Positions 55,321-59,446 of a DNA stretch of 59,446 nt are shown here, piece after piece. Made by a program: the position numbers and the translations under genes. Every line of letters starts with the position of its first letter. Within the stretch, counting starts at the first letter, position 1. This DNA is from Eubacteriales bacterium (GTDB lineage Bacteria > Bacillota > Clostridia > Oscillospirales > QAKW01), in assembly GCA_045538295.1 (NCBI GenBank), contig JAZSRD010000058.1:1-59446 (forward strand), given 5' to 3'. The notes under the pieces are model-generated. The model had not been told where the DNA came from. It ran no database searches and was given only the letters and a program-made list of their open reading frames with translations.

Positions 55321-56433
55321 ATGTTTACATTATTGTTAATAGCCCAAGGCTGTTCCCTCTTGGGCGGCTATGTGCAGACCCTGGTATTATCCTGGGTGGC
55401 GGCAGAGCTGGGGGGCGGGCTTTACAGCCTTTCTGCTTATATGATCGCCTGCTACCTGCCGGTGGCGCTCCTTTCTTATCCCTTTGGCCGCTGGCTGGAT
55501 CGCCGCCCCCAAAAGGGATGGCTGGTGGCCAGCGAAACCGCATTGGCAGGGCTTTCCCTGGTGCTGTGGCTGGCGGCAGTCTATAAGTGGATCTCCTTTC
55601 CCTTTTTGCTGGGGTTCGGTGGCGTGTGGGGTGTTGTGCGTGCCTTTCAAACCCCCATTTACCAAAGCCTGCCCCGCCGCTTGGCAAAGGAACTTTCCAA
55701 GGGCACCGCTCTGCTAACGGCGGTCACCTATACCGCCCGGGGCTTGGGTCCGGTGCTGGGGGGGTTGCTTTATGCAAGGTTCGGGGCGGCAGTGCCGTTC
55801 TTTGTGAACTTTGTTTCCTTTGTGCCATCCGTTATTCTGCTATGCTTTTTAAAGATCCCCCAGCCGAAAAACAGCCGTAAGATCGTCTTGCGCCGTTGGC
55901 TTCCCCGGTTGGGGCTGATCTTTGGGGTCTCCTTTTTGGGGGTCAATTATAATGTGACCTTTGTTTCGTTGGTTAAGGATGCAGGGTTAGGCAGCGCCTC
56001 CTATGGGGTGGCACTGGGGCTTTTGGGCGTGGGCGCTTTGCTGGGCTTTTGGGTAAAATCAAAGGTAAAGAAGCAACCCCCGCCGGAAAAGGTGTTGCCG
56101 GGAATGGGCGCACTCAATATCGCCCTTGCCTTTTTGCCGGGCATTTGGCTGCGGGGCGGCTGTATCTTGCTTTACGGTGCCTTTGATTTTTGGTTCTTTT
56201 CCACCGCTGTTTTTCGCTTGTCTAAGCAGGCGGCGGCAGAGGAGATCACCGCAGTGATGGGGCTTTACACCGTAGTAACGGTGGGCGCCATGCCGGTGGG
56301 CGCTCTTTTTTGGAGTTTTGTTTCCCGGCAGTTGGGGCTGCCCGCCGCCCTTTGTGTGTTGGGTATAGGATTATTGCTGCTAAGCATTTTGATGAGAGGT
56401 AAATTTAATGAAAAAAGTAATGAAGATCTTTGA
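55321..56433 (+). CDS. MFS transporter
   Basis: 370 aa, about 10-11 hydrophobic segments, FGRWLDRRPQK loop typical of the MFS 2-3 loop. Confidence 0.7.
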   Translation: MFTLLLIAQGCSLLGGYVQTLVLSWVAAELGGGLYSLSAYMIACYLPVALLSYPFGRWLDRRPQKGWLVASETALAGLSLVLWLAAVYKWISFPFLLGFGGVWGVVRAFQTPIYQSLPRRLAKELSKGTALLTAVTYTARGLGPVLGGLLYARFGAAVPFFVNFVSFVPSVILLCFLKIPQPKNSRKIVLRRWLPRLGLIFGVSFLGVNYNVTFVSLVKDAGLGSASYGVALGLLGVGALLGFWVKSKVKKQPPPEKVLPGMGALNIALAFLPGIWLRGGCILLYGAFDFWFFSTAVFRLSKQAAAEEITAVMGLYTVVTVGAMPVGALFWSFVSRQLGLPAALCVLGIGLLLLSILMRGKFNEKSNEDL

Positions 56434-57790
56434 AGCGTTATGTGCCATTCCCCACGGTTCGGGGAACACCAAGGCAATAAGCGATTATTGTGTAAAATAC
56501 GCCGCCGACCGGGGCTTTGAAGCCCTGCAGGACGATTGGAACAACGTGCTGATCCGGGTTCCTGCCGCCAAGGGCTATGAGGAGCATCCCACTGTGGTGA
56601 TCCAGGGGCACTTGGATATGGTGTGCGAAAAGGAGCCGGAAAGCACCCACAATTTTGAGACCGACGGATTAAAACTTCGCCGGGAGGGAGATTGGCTAAT
56701 GGCTACCGATACCACCCTGGGGGCAGACGATGGCATTGCCATTGCCTATGCCCTGGCATTGCTGGAGGAAAAGACCGCCCACCCCGCCCTGGAACTGTTC
56801 TTTACGGTGGACGAGGAAACGGGAATGTACGGCGCCGAAGGGTTTGATCCCGCCTGGATCACCGGCAGAAAGCTTTTGAACCTGGATTCCGAGGAAGAGG
56901 GTCAGTTGATCGTTTCTGCCGCCGGCGGCAGAAATGTGGAGGGGCGGCTGCCCCTGAAATGGGAGCCTTGCAGCAGTCCGGTGTATGAAATTAAGGTGGA
57001 TGGCTTGCAGGGCGGGCACAGCGGTGCCGAGATCCATCGGGGCAGAGCCAACGCCAATAAGATATTAGGTAAAATTTTATCCGGCTTGCCCTGCCGGCTG
57101 ATCCAAATGGAGGGGGGCTTGAAAGCCAACGCCATTCCCCGTGCGGCATCTGCTATGGTTGCCATGGATAGCCCGGTGGATAGCGGGGCGCTCACCCAAC
57201 TGTTTCGCCGGGAATATGGGGAGCGGGATCCTCAGATCACCGTTACCGTAACCACTGCCACTTCCACTAAAATGCTCACCAAAGAGTGCTCCGATGCCGC
57301 CATCGGCTTGCTTCAAGCCCTGCCCGATGGGGTGCAGGCCTGGAGCGGGGAGATCGAGGGGTTGGTGGAAACCTCTTTGAACTGCGGCATTGTGAAAACA
57401 GAGCAGGATCTTTTGCTGATCTTAACCTCTCTGCGGAGCATGAAAAATGCCCTGCGGGATGATCTTACCCGGCAGGTACAGGAACTGATGGAGCGTTACG
57501 GCGCAGTGGTAGAGGTAGAGGCGGGCTATCCCGCCTGGGAATATTGCGCCAATTCCTCCCTGCAAGAGGTGGTGTGCGGCTGCTATAAGAAGCTTTATAA
57601 AAAGGAAATGGCGGTCATCGCCCTCCATGCGGGGCTGGAATGCGGCCTCCTTTCGGAAAAGCTGCCCGGGCTGGAGTGCGTATCCATGGGGCCGGATATG
57701 AAAGATATTCATACCCCCCGGGAGCGGATCTCGGTATCTTCTATCGAAAGAACTTGGGGATTGCTGAAAGAGATTTTAAAAACATTATAA
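56408..57790 (+). CDS. pepD: aminoacyl-histidine dipeptidase (PepD, M20 family)
   Basis: FEALCAIPHGSGN, IQGHLDMV, LGADDGIAIA, FTVDEETGMYGA. Confidence 0.85.
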   Translation: MKKVMKIFEALCAIPHGSGNTKAISDYCVKYAADRGFEALQDDWNNVLIRVPAAKGYEEHPTVVIQGHLDMVCEKEPESTHNFETDGLKLRREGDWLMATDTTLGADDGIAIAYALALLEEKTAHPALELFFTVDEETGMYGAEGFDPAWITGRKLLNLDSEEEGQLIVSAAGGRNVEGRLPLKWEPCSSPVYEIKVDGLQGGHSGAEIHRGRANANKILGKILSGLPCRLIQMEGGLKANAIPRAASAMVAMDSPVDSGALTQLFRREYGERDPQITVTVTTATSTKMLTKECSDAAIGLLQALPDGVQAWSGEIEGLVETSLNCGIVKTEQDLLLILTSLRSMKNALRDDLTRQVQELMERYGAVVEVEAGYPAWEYCANSSLQEVVCGCYKKLYKKEMAVIALHAGLECGLLSEKLPGLECVSMGPDMKDIHTPRERISVSSIERTWGLLKEILKTL

Positions 57791-58103
57791 AAAACAGCTC
57801 TGTGCTTTCGCCGAGCATTGATAAGGCAGTATTTGTTTCTCGGGGCAAAATCCTCTGTCTAATCGCCAAAAGCCTCGCAAGGCGTCAGCCTTGCTGCATT
57901 TTTGGCTTCAACACAAAGAATTTTGCTTCCCTACGAAACTGCGAAGCACTTTAAAAAGTGAAATTTTGGATGCAAGAAAAGGAAAACCCCACCGATAATG
58001 CTGTCGCATATCAGTGGGGTTTGACACATTATGGCGCCAAAAGTTTACTTTTTAAAGAAAAACTGCCTTATCAATGCTCGGCGTTTGCACAGAGCTGTTT
58101 TTT
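57791..58103. repeat. 313-bp element closed by ~41-nt inverted repeats (MITE-like or structured 3' UTR)
   Basis: AAAAACAGCTCTGTGCTTTCGCCGAGCATTGATAAGGCAGT at 57790-57830 pairs with ACTGCCTTATCAATGCTCGGCGTTTGCACAGAGCTGTTTTT at 58062-58103; only the central AAA/TTT does not pair. Nested internal stems 57842-57931. Hairpin at 57984-58023. Confidence 0.65.
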
Positions 58104-58104
58104 G

Positions 58105-58210
58105 CCGATATGTTGAGCGGTGCTCAACTCGATATATTTGCCTTGGGGCAAATGCGATATATGAGCACCAAGCGCTCATGCGATATGAGATAAATTCCTT
58201 GCGGAATTCA
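58105..58210. repeat. hairpin array with CGATAT spacers (family-2-like)
   Basis: GTTGAGC-GGT-GCTCAAC at 58112-58128, ATTTGCC-TTGG-GGCAAAT at 58136-58153, ATGAGC...GCTCAT at 58161-58179, AATTCC-TTGC-GGAATT at 58193-58208. Each is preceded by (C/G)CGATAT. Confidence 0.6.
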
Positions 58211-58741
58211 TCTCGCTGCGCAAGGCGCAAGCACCTTGCGCAGCACAAGATCCAAAGGATAGTACAGCAGCGCTACGGATAGAATGTTGCCCATGCAGTG
58301 GGAAAGATCGTAGGGGATGCCGCCGATTATATAGCCCACCCCGGCGCCCCAGCCCCCGGTAATAAAATAGGGGAGGGAGCACAGGGTGCCAAAGAGCAGC
58401 CCATAGATCCCTGCCACCACCACCCATAGGATGGGGTGGCTCCATCGGCGCAACAGTAATACGACCAGTACTAAAAACGGCCATATATACAAATAGTTAA
58501 ACCACCAGATGCCAAATCCGTAAATAAGACCCTCCACCAGCACAAAAACCCCCACTGAAAGGAGAGCGTTTTTGCCCAGGTGCACCGTGGCAAGGATGAT
58601 AAAAAGGGTCACAAGTTCGATATTGGGCAGACCGGAAAGAGCCACCTGCAGAGCAATCATCAGTGCGGCAAACACCGCCAGGGCGGTAAGCTCCCGCAGA
58701 TTAATACCCGATGGTGTAGGTTGCTTCGTAGTGTTCTCCAT
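58208..58741 (-). CDS. ECF transporter S component (cobalamin-type candidate)
   Basis: 177 aa, 5-6 TM segments. Sits behind a B12 riboswitch and a DUF4430 gene. 41-nt overlap with the upstream gene. Confidence 0.65.
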   Translation of the reverse strand: MENTTKQPTPSGINLRELTALAVFAALMIALQVALSGLPNIELVTLFIILATVHLGKNALLSVGVFVLVEGLIYGFGIWWFNYLYIWPFLVLVVLLLRRWSHPILWVVVAGIYGLLFGTLCSLPYFITGGWGAGVGYIIGGIPYDLSHCMGNILSVALLYYPLDLVLRKVLAPCAAR

Positions 58742-59093
58742 CGGCGATCACCTGCTCGTTCATGCCCACAGTAAGGGGTACGCCCTCCTTGCTGATATTC
58801 CACCATCCTTCGTCTTTGCTCCAATCGGCGGTTATGCCCGCAATGGTGGTATACATTCCATCTTCGGCGTATTCCACCAGCCCTTCCTCCACCAGAGCAT
58901 CTGCAAGGTACTCTTTTTGGGTGGAGATGGGATATTCCTCGGCGGTGCCGTCTTTCTGCACCACCTCAAATGTGATCGCTTTGCTTCCCTCTTGGGGCTT
59001 GGCAGATAAGCCCTTCCAAAGAAACACAGCGCCCACCAACAGGGCAACCAACACAATTGCGCCAATTATAATTGGCCATTTTTGTTTTTTCAT
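58701..59093 (-). CDS. DUF4430 (transcobalamin-like) membrane-anchored protein
   Basis: N-terminal anchor, then ITFEVVQKDG...ADWSKDEGWWNISKEGVPLTVGMNEQVIADGEHYEATY, typical of DUF4430. Confidence 0.65.
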   Translation of the reverse strand: MKKQKWPIIIGAIVLVALLVGAVFLWKGLSAKPQEGSKAITFEVVQKDGTAEEYPISTQKEYLADALVEEGLVEYAEDGMYTTIAGITADWSKDEGWWNISKEGVPLTVGMNEQVIADGEHYEATYTIGY

Positions 59094-59209
59094 GGTTTCT
59101 TTCTCCTTATTAAATTTTTAAAACCCGCTCTGCTCCGCACCCTCTTTTTGCCCTTGCCTTTTCTGCCCAAAAGCAAAAGCAAAAAGGTCCATACCTCGTG
59201 GCGGCGGAA

Positions 59210-59330
59210 CATGCTCTTCGGCACCCAGTATTCCGACTTACGGCAACGGCGCATGGTTCTGCCTTTGCCGATCACGGCGACGGGATCGCCGGGGACTTTC
59301 ACCCCAATTTCCTGTATTCCGAAGTGGCTT
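59210..59330 (-). promoter_or_regulatory. cobalamin riboswitch (compact form)
   Basis: The minus strand reads CTTCGGAATACAGGAAATTGGGGTGAAAGTCCCCGGCGATCCCGTCGCCGTGATCGG...CCGTAAGTCGGAATACTGGGTGCCGAAG. GGTGAAAGTCC and CCCGxCGCCGTGA cores, a B12-box-like AAGTCGGAATACTGGGTGCC, and closing stem CTTCGG/CCGAAG. Confidence 0.65.
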
Positions 59331-59339
59331 CTACCTTAT

Positions 59340-59368
59340 AGCATAGCAGATCTCTCCCAAAATTGCAA
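59340..59368 (-). promoter_or_regulatory. possible promoter of the riboswitch operon (TTGCAA-17-TATGCT)
   Basis: The minus strand reads TTGCAATTTTGGGAGAGATCTGCTATGCT, immediately 5' of the aptamer. Confidence 0.4.
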
Positions 59369-59446
59369 AGTCGGATCGTAGCCATGTCGTTCTGTGGGCC
59401 AAGGAGTTGGGTCTAGTCATTGTCTTCCTAAGCCCGCTTGGCCTCC

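Noticed and set aside
1-59446. The window being a closed circle, given the identical 8-mer TGGCCTCC at both ends.
   Set aside because: Eight nt is within chance. The content is clearly a chromosomal origin region lacking many essential genes. Joining the ends does not restore the ppdK frame.

Overview
This window is the replication-origin region of a Firmicutes chromosome. The SASP gene, RNase Y, Jag/YidC and an SLH protein point to a Clostridia-like spore former.

Layout: left of dnaA, on the minus strand, lie rpmH-rnpA-yidD-yidC-jag, then mnmE-mnmG-rsmG, and glyQS. Right of dnaA, on the plus strand, lie dnaA-dnaN-yaaA-recF-remB-gyrB-gyrA. A DnaA-box cluster sits in the dnaA-dnaN spacer.

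Other content: a noc-like parB + parA + parB locus with two perfect parS sites, rnhA, rubrerythrin, ftsK, uppP, rny, a GH2 glycosidase, recG, clpC, trmL, pepD, several transporters, and a DUF4430 + ECF S-component pair behind a cobalamin riboswitch. The protein-coding content is mostly ordinary housekeeping.

The unusual content is non-coding:
1. A ~215-242-nt four-hairpin composite repeat. There are five full units, one internally deleted unit and some fragments, tandemly arrayed at three loci. Stems are kept by compensatory changes, and orientation follows the upstream gene.
2. Arrays of short, sequence-diverse hairpins separated by conserved TTTCAT/GATAT spacers, at three loci.
3. Two ~270-315-bp elements closed by 24-41-nt inverted repeats. 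They begin directly at the stop codons of gyrA and pepD.
4. A low-GC ~1.2-kb islet. It carries a candidate type I toxin-antitoxin pair (29-aa hydrophobic peptide plus convergent antisense sRNA), a 58-aa RHH repressor and a SLOG/DUF1273-like gene.

I found no multi-gene defence or secretion system. The strongest candidate for something undescribed is the structured repeat family. All assignments rest on motif recognition by eye; no database search was possible.
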